NCBI GenBank assembly: GCA_015680685.1
Contig: MNCI01002249.1
Location: forward strand, 469,648-533,647
Length of the DNA stretch: 64,000 bases
Reading direction: 5' to 3'
From: Gnetum montanum
Taxonomy: Eukaryota; Plantae; Gnetophyta
In this document: positions 27,561 to 41,450 of the stretch, piece after piece
Position numbering within the stretch: the first letter of the stretch is position 1
Layout: each line of letters starts with the position of its first letter
Translations under genes and position numbers: made by a program
Notes under the pieces: model-generated
What the model saw: only the letters and a program-made list of their open reading frames with translations
The model's database searches: none
What the model was told of the DNA's origin: nothing

Positions 27561-28751
27561 ACTACCTTGAGGCACTTCAAATTTTATTTTTGTTTTGTCA
27601 TGTAACTGTGTCATTTTTGTACACACCACTATGACACAAATTTAGTCAATAATCTCATACCTTCCCAATTTTGTAAAGAGAAATTGGTCTTATGTTGTTA
27701 ACTCAAGGATGAGTTTTTAGTTAGTTATGGGTTTGATGAATCATTAGTTGGTTGAGATATCATAGATGCTATGTTGTAGATGTTACATTGCATCTACATT
27801 ATAGCATCCCTATCGATGTGTCTTAGTTGGCTACTATGTTGAATCTATGATGTCGTAAATGCGATGCTGGATCTATTTGATAAAGTTAATTTTTCTTCAC
27901 CTAAGATATTGTATCTATGATGTTTTATGTCTGATATCATAGCTCATGCTATGACATCATAGATTTGATATCACAGGATGTGTGCAGAATATAAATACAA
28001 CACTTAGGTGGATGGATCCACATAAGTTTCATTCCATCCTTAGGTAGATTCTTGGAGTTTTATTTCATAAGTTTAGTTATAGAGTGAATGCTCATAGTGT
28101 GGTGTTGAGTAGTTGTATGAAATCTTTCTTTGAGTGAAGTGTAGCTGGGCATAGTTCATGTCTGGAAATAAAGATTGAGATTTCTTTTCATCATTACAAC
28201 ATCTACTTAGTTTTACTATTTTACTTAGCATAGTTTTTATTGTTTTCTTAGTTTAATCATTTACATTTCCAAGTACTTTACTTTCTTGTTCATTAGAAAA
28301 GTGGAATGAGTATGACTAGTTTTGAGCATTTAAGTGTAATCATATGGTAATCTTAGTAGTGCTATAGCTTGTTTTTCCTAGTAGCATAAGGCTTGGTAAC
28401 CCAGTAATGGTTACATGAGCCTAAGATGTGTACGGTAAGCTAGGATAGGATGCTTATTTCTCTAGGCTAGTTTAGATTTACCTTCTTCTTGTTAGTTAGA
28501 TTAAAGAATTAATGTCTCCATTACTGTCAAGATTAGCATAAGGTTGCAACAATATCAATTATCATATGCCTCACTTTGGACTAAATCATATGCGACAAAG
28601 CTACCACTAGCCCAAGTGGAAAGATAACATCCTATGATTAATGCTTAACAATCTAGATGCTACAACTAGTCCCATCCACATAATTTGATTGGATTGTGTG
28701 TGAATGCTTGTGATTCATATGGTTGAGTGCAGGGATACCTACCACTCATAA

Positions 28752-30084
28752 CCATATATGTAGTAAATAATAATATCTACCAATTACCATGTCAAGGGAT
28801 TCATGTGTCCCATACTTCCATCCTTGGATTTGTTTTCTTAACTTGGACATTCTTGAGTAGGTTTGATGCTTATCATTGAAGAGCTCTAGCATGGTACTTC
28901 ATCTTTAGATCGATTTTGGTTCTAAATATTGGTACTAGCTTTTTTCTTCCTTGATGAGGGTCATAAGAAATAACTTTAAATTTTTCCCATCACTCTTAAT
29001 ATCTTAAAGGATGTAGGCATAATGGAATGCTTAAAGATGGTGCTATGGATTTGCATTATATTCAGCTCCAAATTTGGGAATATTATTCATGTCTAGTTGC
29101 TTAATGTGACTATTCCTTACATGTTTGATAGGGATCTAACTACTTCTCTAATGTTAATCATGCTATGAGTGGCTAGTAGGGGTTCTTCATGATTGTTGAG
29201 TCATAGGCTCAATTGTAGTTGTGATCCTTTTAATGCTCATAGTGTTAGTTCCTTTCTTCATGCCTAATTCTGTCTCTTTGTTGTGCATAATTATCATCTT
29301 CGCTATTAGGATACATTCTTTAATATTCATGTCTCTCATAATCCCTACATCTTTCCTTGTTATAGTCTTTGGGTCTCTGTTCCCTCTTGTCGGATTCTAT
29401 TGATGATCATGAGGAAGAAGAAGCATTTGGAGAATAGTGTTGGCTAGTTCTTCTTTTGTGACTCTGTGATTTATTCTCTTATGATTTTGTGAAATTTTTA
29501 GGCCTTGAGCTCTGCCTATGCTTGGAGTCTTCTGCATCTATCTTAGGTGTTTTTGTAAGGGTCAAATGTAAATGTATTTTGACAAGTTTCTCTATATAAA
29601 TGAGAGGCATCTGTGAATGGGATTCATGGTTTTGATTGATTTTTTCCATTATCAATATATCATCATTGATTTCTTCCAAGACAACATTATGGATTACATT
29701 CTTTTCTTTGTTGTTGTCATGTCTTGTTTCAATGGTAGCATCCCTTCTTACTTGTGCTTTTATGGGTTGATCTAGCCTTGTCATGTGTTTAGTAACATGA
29801 TATCCTTCTTGTGCATGGCCAGGGTTCAACCTCATCAAGGCTACATGTAGCATTGATGGTGTTGAACATTTAGGAGGTAAAACTACATTATCCTGGAAAT
29901 CTCTCCAACTCATCTTTTCATCTGCATGGAAGATAGATGTGAATTTAGGATAATATGAATTTTTATGAGCACATGAAATACTAGTTTGCATGGGTGCACT
30001 ATAGTCTTCTTCATCATATCTTTTGTCATGACTCCTTTGTGTTTCTTTGGTAGGTGGTGACTTTTCCTTAAGTTTTAAAGCCAT
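28752..30084 (-). pseudogene. Element A gag 5' part (includes the 201-aa ORF MALKLKEKSP...)
   Basis: Homologous to E gag from 38102. Capsid motif NIPKFGAEY..NP*HHL. Confidence 0.85.
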
Positions 30085-31132
30085 GTTATATGTTTGACAC
30101 TCTTAAGTATGTGTGTGTGTGTTAGAAGATTGATTAAAAATGTGTAGGATAAACTTTATGATTCTTGATACAACAAACTCTATAATATTAACTACTAAGC
30201 GAACATTACTACCTCCCTGGCAATGATGCTAATGATGAGTGGTAGGAAATTCAAACACTTCATCATACAAGTCAAAAGTGTACATGCATGACCATATCGG
30301 AATCCATGCATGGACAATGTAAGTATGCTAGAAGTTGATAATCAGTTCGTGGTCATTGTATTCTCACTTCAAGTTAGTGAAGTTCAATTGTATGGCTTAA
30401 CTTTAAGTGAGACATATGATATCTTGATGTTGTTGGCTCATGTTACTCCTAAGTGAAAACATAATGAAGGTGAGAATAAAATTTAAATCTAAGTGAGAAT
30501 AGAAATGCAAGTCTATTCTATCCTATGGCAATTAGCCATTCTTGGCTTGTTGTACACATCTTGGGCTTACGTAACCATCACTAGGTTACCAAGTTGTATG
30601 CTACTAAGTGAACTAAGCAATAACACTACTGGGATTACAAAACAATTACACTTATATGCTCAAAACTAGTTGTACTCATTTTTGCCTTACTAATGAACAT
30701 AGAAAAGTGAATTACTTGAGAAACATAAAGAACTATACTAAAGTAAGTATATTGAAGAAATGAAAATGAAATTAAGTAAATAAATTAGCTAAGTAAAATA
30801 AAGAAACTAAGTGGATGTTGCAATGGTGGAAAAAAATTTTGATGTTTATTGCCATTCATGAACTATGCCTAAGTACAATCCACTCAAATAAAGATTCCAT
30901 TCAATTGCTTAACACCACATTATGGACATTTACTTTATCGCTAAGTGTAAAGTGTGAAAACAAACTACAAGAGTTTCGCTAAGGTTGGAATGAAAGCTTA
31001 TTCATTTGATGCAACCAAGTGTTGGTATTTATAGGAATGAGGAGGACCTAGTACATCACATCAATGATGATGTATGTAGAATTGCAATGTCGTAGATATG
31101 ATATTATGGCTCATCAAAAATAGGTTTTGTCA

Positions 31133-34100
31133 ATTAGTATTATAGCTAGTTACTTGGAGGTACTTGATTTCTATAGAGCATATACCATCACCATAAGTTC
31201 CTTTTCTGTAATGATATAATTGGATTGTATACTCATAATACTCTTACTTATAGCATGGATATAATATGGGCATTTCTAATCATTAATTTTTGTAAGTACC
31301 ACCCCAATTCATAGTTGGATGCATCTATCATGATGTGAAAAGATTTGGACTAATTAGGAGCATGTAGAATTGTTGTTTCCATGAGCTTCTATTTTAATTT
31401 ATTGAATGCTTGCTTGAATTTCTTGGTCCATTAAAATGTTGCATCCTTCTTAGTAAGCTTAACCAATAGCTTGACAATTTTAAAGAAGTTTTTAATAAAA
31501 TGCCTATAATAACCAGTATGAGCAAGGAATGACCTTACATCTTTGATGGTTTGTGATTGTTTGGTGATTCCTTGGATAACCCTTATCTTTTGAGGTTCAT
31601 CTCAACTATTTTTCCTAAAATTCTATGCCCTAATATAATGCCTTTTTGGATCATCAAGTGGCTCTTTTGTGAGTTGAGCCACAATTTTATCTCCATACAC
31701 CATTTTAGTACCTACTCTTGATGATCCAATGCTTGTTCAAAATTAGCTCCATAGATGGATAAGTCATCCATAAAGACTTCCACACCACTACCAGCTTGCT
31801 TTTGAAAAATCCTTAGAACTAGGTGTTAGAAAGTTGTAAGAATATTACACAGACCAAAGGACATATTCTTGTATGTGAAAGTTCCCCAAGGACTTGTGAA
31901 AGTTATTTTACCTAGTTTTCTTGAGTAATTTGTATTTGATTATATCCACTATACCCATAAAAAAAATTGTAATAGCTATGTCCCATAATTATGTTCAATG
32001 CTTGGTGCAAAAATGACAACAGAAAATGATTTTTGAACATAGCCATGTTCAATAGCTTGAAGTCTATATAGACTCTTCATTGCCTACCTTTCTTTGGTAC
32101 AATAATGAGTGGGCTTATCCATTCATTATATGCCATTAGATAAATGAATCCTTCCTTAAGAAGTTTTTTAATTTCATTTTAATAACTTATTTTAATTTTT
32201 AATTCAATCTCCTTTATGGTTGTTGTTTGGGTTTGATAGTGGAGTCTATCTAGATTTGATGTTGGAATATGCATGGATGTATTTGTATTAATTCATCATA
32301 TGATCAAGTAAAGAATGTTGATCATCTATTGATTATCTTTAGTAGCTTTTTCTTTTGTTCCTTAGTGACCTAGGCATTGATGATTACCAGCTTTCCATTG
32401 TTGAGGAAAACATGTTCCAAAGATGTCGGTAAGGATTTTATTTTTAAGGGCTCTTATTTAAAAATATCAGGGATTTCCAACTCCTCCCAATTATTTTCTA
32501 CTAATTTTTTAAACTTTTCTTCAAAGAGTTGTCTTTGGATCTACTCCATTTTATCCATCTCATTAATATAAGCACTTGAGAACATTTTAGTTGATTTTTT
32601 GAATATTGTAGACCTTGGAGCTATCATTTTTTATCAACCATTAGGTACCTTCCTATTTTGTGGCTACTATGTATAGGCACCTTTGGACATCTATGGTTTC
32701 AACATACTTCTTGCATGATATAATATATGTGCTCTTCACAGTTCATATTTTCTACACACAATGGCAAATTGTGTCACTATACAAAATGCATGGAACCCTC
32801 TTTTTCTCAATCTTTTCAAACTCATTTTCCTTTGAAATCTCCAAGGAGAGATCTTTGATCCCTAACTTAGTGTCAATTGTACTTAGCCAAGCCCTTCTCC
32901 CTTGTAGTTGTCAACATAAATAACTAGAAAGTCTACTGGCTATGATCATCCATATATAATGGTCATTATATCCTCCACAAATTCTAAGGAAATAGTGATG
33001 GATTGATTAGTAAGATTTAACCTAATGTTACATTTCTTAAGTATAGGTAGGTTTCAAGTTTTGTATATTTCTTAGGAGATTAAGTTTACACTAGAACTTG
33101 AGTCTGATAGAGTCTTGCATGGATCATTTCATGCGAATAGTAAATAAATTAGAGGACTTTCAAGATTAATTCTTTTTCTAGGAAGGTGCCCTACCTTTAT
33201 ATATTCTATGATTGCATGGGTTAACTTGACAGTATGTACATTTTCTAATCTTTAGTTTGAAGGAAGCTTAGTGGGTATCCTTGGAGTAGTTTGAGAAGGG
33301 TTAATAGCCATAGATGCTTGCAATATTTTAGGTGGATTGTTGGTCTTGAAGAAATTTTTTTTCATGGCTTATGCTTAGAACCACTTGAATTGTCATCTAA
33401 CTATAAATTTATAGTCTGGGTGACATTGCATTATTGAGGCTATGACTATATCTCACCTTGCATAGGTGATATAGATGGCAAAGGTGTGGATGTGTGAGGT
33501 GCATAGTTTTGTGGTGGAGAATGAGGAGTGCAAGCAAAAGGAGATTCAACTTGCACTGTGGCAGGGTTGTGATATTCAGGGGGAGAGTAGTGATGAAAAA
33601 AAGAGAGTGGTTCATAGAGTCACTAGGAGACATAGGCTATTAGATATAGTATCTATATGGATCTAGTTGGTGGTAAGGATATTGTGACCTTAGCGGTGTT
33701 ATCCCCCATGATTTTTGATTTTACCATTAATGATAATAATCTTAAGGTTGAGATGGCATTCCACTTGGATAATATTGTTAGTGGTGGAACTGTTGGTGAT
33801 ACTTGCCTTGTAGATAAGACAACCTCCTAGGTGGTTGACTCATAGCAAACTTTAGATTCAAGGCATAAACTCTAGATTCTCTCAAGTGTGGTAGTATTGG
33901 GTAACATCCCTTAGGTTGTTCATATTAGTAGATGTTACACCCTTCATCTTTTTCTTAGAATCTACAACCTCATCAAATGTCAAATGTCGCAACCTCAACT
34001 TTTTGTTGATGACAGTCCTTTAATACATCTTTTCTTTTGCTTTTATCTTTATCCCTATTCTCCTACTTCATTTTTTCCTTCATAATTTTTAGAGTGGTTT

Positions 34101-36779
34101 GGAAATTTTCATCTGAGGAGTCTCATATTTTATTCACATGAGCTAATATCTTTGTGATAGATTTTTAAATCCTTAAGGTTTTTCTTTATACCACCTTCTC
34201 CAGTGGTTCTTCCTCCTCAGGATCATAGAGATGTACCTCCCTTTTATGAAAGGAGGGGTTTTTGTTATATTCCTATGTACTTTTCCCTTTTTTTCAATTA
34301 TTATTTTTCTTTGGCCACTTGATCAACAAGCCTTTTTATCTAGTGGGATTTTATTTCTAACAATCTCCCTTGGGCATAATCCCTAAGAGTCTCTATGGTT
34401 TTATTCCTAAGCCCATTGATCACATGGTGAAGCTACTCCCTTTAAGAGAAACCATGGCCTGGGTAAAAGAGAGTAGTATCTTCTTGAGGCTACATCAAGG
34501 GATTCACAATTACCTTGTTTTTAGTTGGACACCCTAGAGTATGCTTCATATTTATCATTGAACAACTCCAACATTGTATTCCATCTACAGATAGATTCTA
34601 GTTCCAAATATTGGTATCAACTTTTAGCTTCTTTAATGAGTATCCTAGAAAATGGTGTGAGCTTCTACTAGTCATTCTCAATGTTTTGCAAGGCATAGAC
34701 ATCATGGAAGGTTTGTAAATGATGTTGTGGATCAGCATTGTAATCTTCTTCAAACTTAGGGATGTTATTCATATCAAGCCATTTGATCTGGCTATGCCTT
34801 TAATGGTTAGTGGGAATATAAACCAGCTTTAAGATGTTTATCATGCTTATAGTAGCGAGCAATGATTCATCATAGTTATCATATTTATGATGGCCCTTAT
34901 CATGGTCATGTCTCTTATGATGTGGCTACTATGCCTTCTCTCCTAATGATGTTCCTCCTTCTCTTGTTGCAGTCTATGTTTCCCCTTTCCATCTTTATGA
35001 TGGGGTCTTATATCATCTCCATCTTGGCCTTGATCATTTCTTCTTCTTTCTTACTTACATTCCCCCTTGTTAAAAATTGAAAATGATGAGGATGATAAGG
35101 ATGGAGAACTAGGAGAGTTATTCTAGCTTATCTTCCTTCTCTAGTCCCTTAACTATTCTTTTGGCAAAAAACTAGGAGACATTGGCCTTGAGGTTCCTCT
35201 TATTTTGGGACTAGTTCTTCCCTTACCTTGGTTACTTGACAAGGTTGAATGTAACTATTGATCAATCATATTATCCTCATTCAAGGGAGGAGGATCTTGA
35301 TGCTAGGGTTGCCTTGATGGAAGTTTGTTATTCTTCTTTTCTACCTATGAGGTCAGTGAGATCAAGAGCTTCTTGTCCTTGGAGGCTTCATTGCAGGCCC
35401 ACATGACTTTATTCTTTCTAAGTTGGGATTTTGTTGGTTAATAATCTATGGAGAGGTGTTCTTGTACCTAGTATTTTGGGCCTACTAGTTCAAGCTCCAA
35501 CTTCATTAGTACTTCCATGAGCAATGAGAGAATAGAATAATTAGGGGGCAATACAACATTGTCCTACATGTCTTTCTAGCATAGCTGCTTATCTTGATGA
35601 AGGATGAAAATGAATTCCAGACAAAAGGTGTTCATATGGGCATAGAAAACCTTTAGTTGTTGAGATATCTCATCAGCATTTCTTTTGGTTCTATCATGTT
35701 GCTTGTTAGGTTTATTAGTTGGTAGAGAATCAACCCTATGAGAAGAAGACATTTTTAGTTTACTCTTTTGTAGTATGCCTTAAATAAAATATTATTATTT
35801 CTTAAAGATGATGTACTATATTTTGACAATGACCTTGTATGATTTTACTATCTAAAAAGCTTAGCATACATAACTAAGTGTAGCATCATTGGTAATGGCA
35901 CCAATGATGAGAAGTGGATATTCCCTACATCCAACCATATGAATTACAAGCATGTATGTGTAATTCAGTTGAATTCCATGGAAACCTTCTACCTAAGTGG
36001 CCTATGTCCTAAATAGTCAAATGTGAGGTTACTAGTCATTATCTCTCCAATCATCACTTGTGTTAACTTCTTCTATATGGCTAAGTGTCATTGAGGTGTA
36101 GGATATTTATATTTATAATTATATTATTTTTATCTCGAAAGGTATTAATGAAAGAAATAATTGAAATATTAAACTTTAACTAATTAATAACTAAACTATC
36201 CTAAATGTAGAGTATCCATTTCCACTTTCTATACACATCTTGAACTTATACTAAAGCTGTTGGATTACCAAGTGTTTACTATTGGGTATATCAAGTATTC
36301 ACTACTAGGATTACCAAACATTAGTATATTATGCTCAAAGTGGTCATACTCATGGTACTATAGACTAAAATATTAAATGATTAAGTATAGGAAAGAAAAC
36401 TACATATAAAGTAAAGTGTTAAAAAAGTAAACTTAATGCTAATCCAAGTGTTGTAATGGAAAAAAAAACATCTTGATTTTATTTTCATCATGTAATAGTA
36501 TCTAGGTACATCTTACAGTCAAATAAAATTCCATATAGTTACTTTAATCCATGCTATGGGTACTCAAAGGAAAATTTCACCAAGTCATATGGAAGAAAAC
36601 TACAAGAGCATTACTATGAGAATGATCAAAAGGCTTCATAAATGTAGCTTGTAAGTGCACTTACATAGGCTTTGGGAGAATTAGTGTCAATGCACATGTG
36701 CTAATGCATCTAAGGATGTATCAATGAGGCTACATCGACAAGCATGTGTTGAGACAATCAACTTATTGAGACTTCATCA
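31133..36779 (-). mobile_element. Element G: 5' half of an older Athila-like element (5' LTR 35905-36779, PBS, gag, PR, RT, RH), cut by A
   Basis: PBS 35886-35904, gag ATG 35752, EVFMDDL (~31770), RH TEKELMVMVYAL (~31190). Integrase and 3' LTR are not seen. Confidence 0.85.
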
Positions 36780-37083
36780 ATAGTTATATCACAAGAAAGA
36801 AACACATATAGCTCATCTTCAAGGGCTCTTGATATGTACAACTTACAAATACCTTCTTCTTATGGGAGTTGAATACATCTTTCATTTTGATTCTAAGATG
36901 ATGAGAACTTGAGTGAAGCTTGCTAGTAGCATTCTGATACTTGATGGAAATAACAATTAAGAGATAGTGAGCTTCTACATCTAGTTTATTAGATCTAATA
37001 TGGTGGACATAAAATTGCCTCTTTCCTTCCACATTAGTCCACATCTCTATTAAAACCTTCTACTTGACTAGTTAGTGAATATG
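36780..37083 (-). mobile_element. RTEX-like LINE C-terminal remnant (continues at 57546-~57700 beyond element E)
   Basis: MWTNVEGKRQFYVHHI...SKLHSSSHHLRI...EDELYVFLSC, homologous to 62300-62570. Confidence 0.7.
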
Positions 37084-37958
37084 TGATAAAACCCATTTTT
37101 TCACCACTATGATATCATATCAATGAAATCATTGCTACAATATCACTGCTCATCCTATGTCATCGTTGATGCAATGTCTTAGGATTTGTGTAGCCTTATA
37201 AATACCAAGACTTGGGTGCATAAACAAAAACTTTTGATTCCAACCCTTAGCCAGATTCTTGTAATTTGTTTTTGTACTTTTAGCGATAGAGTGAATGCCT
37301 ATGGTGTGGTGTTACGTAGTTGATTGGCATCTTTATTCAAGTGTACTTGGACATAGTTTATGGACTGTAATAAAGATTGAAGTTGTTTCTCATCATTGTA
37401 ACATTTCTTAATTTTCTCTATGCTTTACTTAGAATAATTTTCTTACATTCCTCGTTTTCATTTACATTTTAAGCACTTTTCTTTTACATGTTATTAGTAA
37501 GTGGAATAGGTATGACTAGTCTCGAGCATTAAGTGTGGTTATTTGGTAATCCAAGAGTGGTATTGGTTGATTCGCTCGATAGTAATTCCACTTGGTAATC
37601 CAAGTGATAACTACATGAGTCTACTATGTGATCAAAAAACTAGGAATGGATACCTATCATTATTAGTATAGAATAGATTTACATTTTCGTTGTTACTTAG
37701 ACTTAAATTTTAATCTCGTTTCAATTATGTTTACGACTAGAAGTATTAAGAGCCCTACAACATCATCGATTATATGCCTTAGTAAGAGTTAAATCATATG
37801 CTAATATTTCACTAACTTGAAGTGGGAAGACAACAATCACAAACTTAACATCAACTTCTAGCATAATTACATTGTCTATCCATAGATTACGATATGGTCA
37901 CATGCAAAAAATCATGACTTATATGGTAGAGTTTTTGGATTACCTTCACCACTCATCA

Positions 37959-37977
37959 TTAGTGTCATTGCCAAGGA
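37959..37977 (+). other. Primer binding site complementary to the tRNA-Asp 3' end (decayed)
   Basis: t-TAGTGTCATTGCCAAGGA differs from TGGCGCCGTTGCCGGGGA only by transitions. Equivalent sites lie at 30213, 35886 and 25852. Confidence 0.85.
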
Positions 37978-38101
37978 TGTGTGAATGTGTGCTTTGTAGT
38001 TGATCTTATAAAGTTTGTTGTATCAATCCACAAAGTCTATCCCTTATATTCTTAATCAATTTTAATAACACACATACACAACTAAGCATCAAATGCACAA
38101 C

Positions 38102-41100
38102 ATGGCTTCAATACTTAGAGAAAAATCATCTGCTAAAGAAGTTCAAAGAAATCATAGCAAAACACATGATGAAGAATATTGTAGTCCATTGATGTAGACA
38201 AGAATCACATATGCTCACGATGATCCATACTATCCTGATTTCACATTCATTCTTCACCAGGATGAATAACTCAGATGGAGAGACTTGTAGGGTAACATAG
38301 TTTTTTCACTAGAACATTCCATTCCATTGATGTTTCAAGTAGCTCTCATGAAGGCCAACCTAAGTCATGCATAAGAGAGTTATAAAGTCACAACATGACA
38401 AGGCCATACCATTCAATGGAGGATTAGGCAAGAAGGGATGCCATCATGGAAGTCCAACATGAACATGACAGGGAAAGAATGCACCTCAGTTAGTTGTCCT
38501 AGATGAAATATAAGATTCTTTGCTCTAAGATGAAAAGTTTTATCAAACTCATGGATCTCACTCCTACACACTGGTAATACATATTAAAGATCTTACCAAC
38601 ACCAAGCTAAAGTTAACTCTGGTAGAAGACCTTGGAAGGAATACAAGAGACTTTAGATCAAAATAGAGCTTAAGGCCTAGAGTTTCTATAAAACCAACAG
38701 AGGATGAATCACAAACTCACAGAAGGAGAACCAATCGACATTGTTCTTCGATTGCTTCATCTTCCTCCTCGTGTTAATTTGTGAAATTTGATAGGAAGGA
38801 ACATAGATTAAGAGACATGATAGAGAGAGATGAAGATATTATAAGAGAGAGGAATATAGAAGAAGGTATACTGATGAGGAGGAGAATAATTATAAAAGAT
38901 AAAAAGATAGAAACAGGCATGAGGACAAAGAGTGTTATGAGCATCGAAGGGGTTACTACTACAATAGAGCTTACAAAACTAACAACTATGAAGAACCCCT
39001 ACTAGCCACTCCAAGAATAATAAACATCAAAGAAGTTGTATATATTTCTACTAGGCATGTGAGGGAAAGTTGCATCAAGTGACTAGATATGAACAACATT
39101 CCTAAATTTGAAAGAGAATATAACGTGGATCCACAACACCACCTTCAAGAATTCCATGATGTCTATGTCCTCCATAATATTGAAAGTGATTGGTAAAAGC
39201 TCAGGTTGATTCTAATAACACTCATCAAAGAGGCAAAGAGCTAGTACAAATCATTGAAACTAGAATTAATTAAAAGATGGAGTACCATGATAAAAATTTT
39301 TAATGAAAAATACCAAACTTACTCAAGAGTGTCTAACCTTAGAAAGAAAATCCAGGGATGGAAGCAAGGAACACATGAATCCTTTGATGTAGCAATGGAT
39401 AGATACTACTCTCTTCTACATAGATGCCTAGGCCATAAATTCTAGGAAACAACTTAGGCACATTGTCAATGGGTTAAGGAATAAAAGTAGAGAAATCCTT
39501 GGGATCTACACCTAAGGAAGACTATTAGAGATGACTATCCATCAGATTCAAAAGGTTAATAGATGAAGTGGTGAAAGAGGAAGGTATGTTCAAAAAGAGA
39601 GAATCAACTAAAGAATATAACCAAGATCCATCAATTAGAAAACAAGATGTACAAATGTGTGATAAGCAAGAAGAAGAGACCTTGGAAGATGTGATTTAGA
39701 AGAAAAATATATTCATCCAAAAATATATTAATGATATGTCAACAAAGGTAGAGAAGATGTGGACCTCAGTGGATGAGAAGTTCACTATAGCCCTCTAGAT
39801 AGTAGAAGAAAGACTTAAACAAGCACTCAATAATGCCAAGGATAAGAAGAAGAGAAGAGACTATGAACAAGAAGGTTATAAATAGAAAGAAAAAGTTATT
39901 TCAATTAAGGAGTATACTAAATCCAGTTAAAAAGATAACGAAGGATGTAAGGTGTGTGAGTATGAACATCCTAAGGGATGTTGCCCCCCTATTTTGGTCC
40001 ACTTGCAAGAGTCTAGGACATACACACTTAATTTGAAATTCATTAAAGAGCAGATGCCAAGATGGTTACCTTACCCTTAAGGTAATCTCTATTAGTCCTT
40101 CTAGCCAACTTATTATCCAAGCAAAGCCTACCCTCAACCATAGGAGAAATACTAGTAGTAGTGGCAATGGCTACAAATGCGAGTAATGTTACCATTGAGG
40201 TGACAATATCCATATAGGCAACCAGATTATTATGGATATTATGTACAATGTCTAATCTCTCTGGGGAATGCTTCAGTTCACACTTATTTTCATTATTATC
40301 CACCTAAGTATTATAGACCTATCACTCTAAGGATGGATCCCAATCTCTATGCATAACAACTAGTAGCTGGTCCATCAAACTAACCTTTCAATTCTTTACC
40401 ACTAGTGCCACCCCTAATTATGCAAGGGGAACTGCCCTCACAACCTTAGAAAAGAAGTGCTATAAGGGTAGTGAATATATAGAGAGAGGATCATACTAGA
40501 ACCACTAAAGAAAAATTAAGAAAAAGTCTTTTCTTTAGAACAAGTCTAGAAAAAGCTGGTAGAGCAAGGACTTCATCCAAACATGTTTCTTCTTTGAAAG
40601 TTCCTTCTATAAACATTTAACTTCCAAAACAACCAAATTAGGAACTTACAGCTATCATGTTAACCAAAATAGTATTAGACTAGATTAAGGTAGGACCACT
40701 TATTTAAAAGAGAATAGATCTGGGTATTCCTTTGATTTATTTACAAGTCCCTGGAAATTCACCATGCAAGGCTCTACTAGACTCAAGTTTTTGAGTTAGC
40801 TTGATATTCCAAGAACATACAAGGCATAGAGCATATCACCCTTGAAGAAGTGCAACTTAAGGTTAGAACTAGTAGATCAATTTGTCATCATTCCTTTGGG
40901 ACAAATAGAAGATGTGGTAACCACTATTAATGGGTGGTCTTACCAAGCAAATTTGTTAGTGATTGTTATGAAGAATATTAATAAGGAATTTTCTATCATT
41001 ATGGGAAGAGCATGGATTAGAATAGATTGTAAGTTAGGAATGATAAATTTATTTGTGGAAATATCTAAGGAAGATGAGCAAGGAGCCATAAATACACAAA

Positions 41101-41450
41101 TAATTCCATGCATCACTGATGATAACAAAGGGTGCAGTTGTGGATTGAAACTTAAGAATGTCAACATAGTTCTTACACCAGCCGACAACAAATGTGAGAA
41201 GCAAGTATGTGAACAAAAAGAAACATGGTCCACTAAACCAAAAGACACCCAATGGCCAAAAATTGAGAACACAAAACTATCCAAGACAAGCATGGAAACA
41301 TCTAACTCACTTATTAACTCCTATTCTAAGAAAATGATCCAAATTAAGAATTTACAAAAGGAAATCATGAACCATAATCATATACCAATGGATAATGGAA
41401 ATGGAAACTTAAAATTTGAGTTTAAGAATAAGAAAGTGAGTATAGTTTGA
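38102..41450 (+). pseudogene. Element E gag-protease pseudogene
   Basis: MASILREKSS..., capsid NIPKFER.YNVDPQHHLQEF, knuckle CKVCEYEHPKGCC, protease ALLDSS...LELVDQ..IIPLGQIEDV...IIMGRAW. Confidence 0.88.

Larger units (their letters stand above)
20134..28751 (+). mobile_element. Element B (rearranged), inserted in gag of A
   Basis: 5' LTR 20134-20946 (interrupted), 3' LTR 27734-28751, PPT ~27722-27733. TSD ACATA/CCATA matches at 4 of 5 positions. A's gag is continuous across the insertion. Confidence 0.8.
9490..31132 (-). mobile_element. Element A: formerly autonomous Athila-like LTR retrotransposon with extra ORF; 3' LTR truncated; contains elements B and H
   Basis: 5' LTR 30233-31132, PBS 30213-30232, PPT 9604-9616. 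The 3' LTR start at 9603 matches the 5' LTR start at 31132, but only ~115 bp of the 3' LTR survive. Confidence 0.85.
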
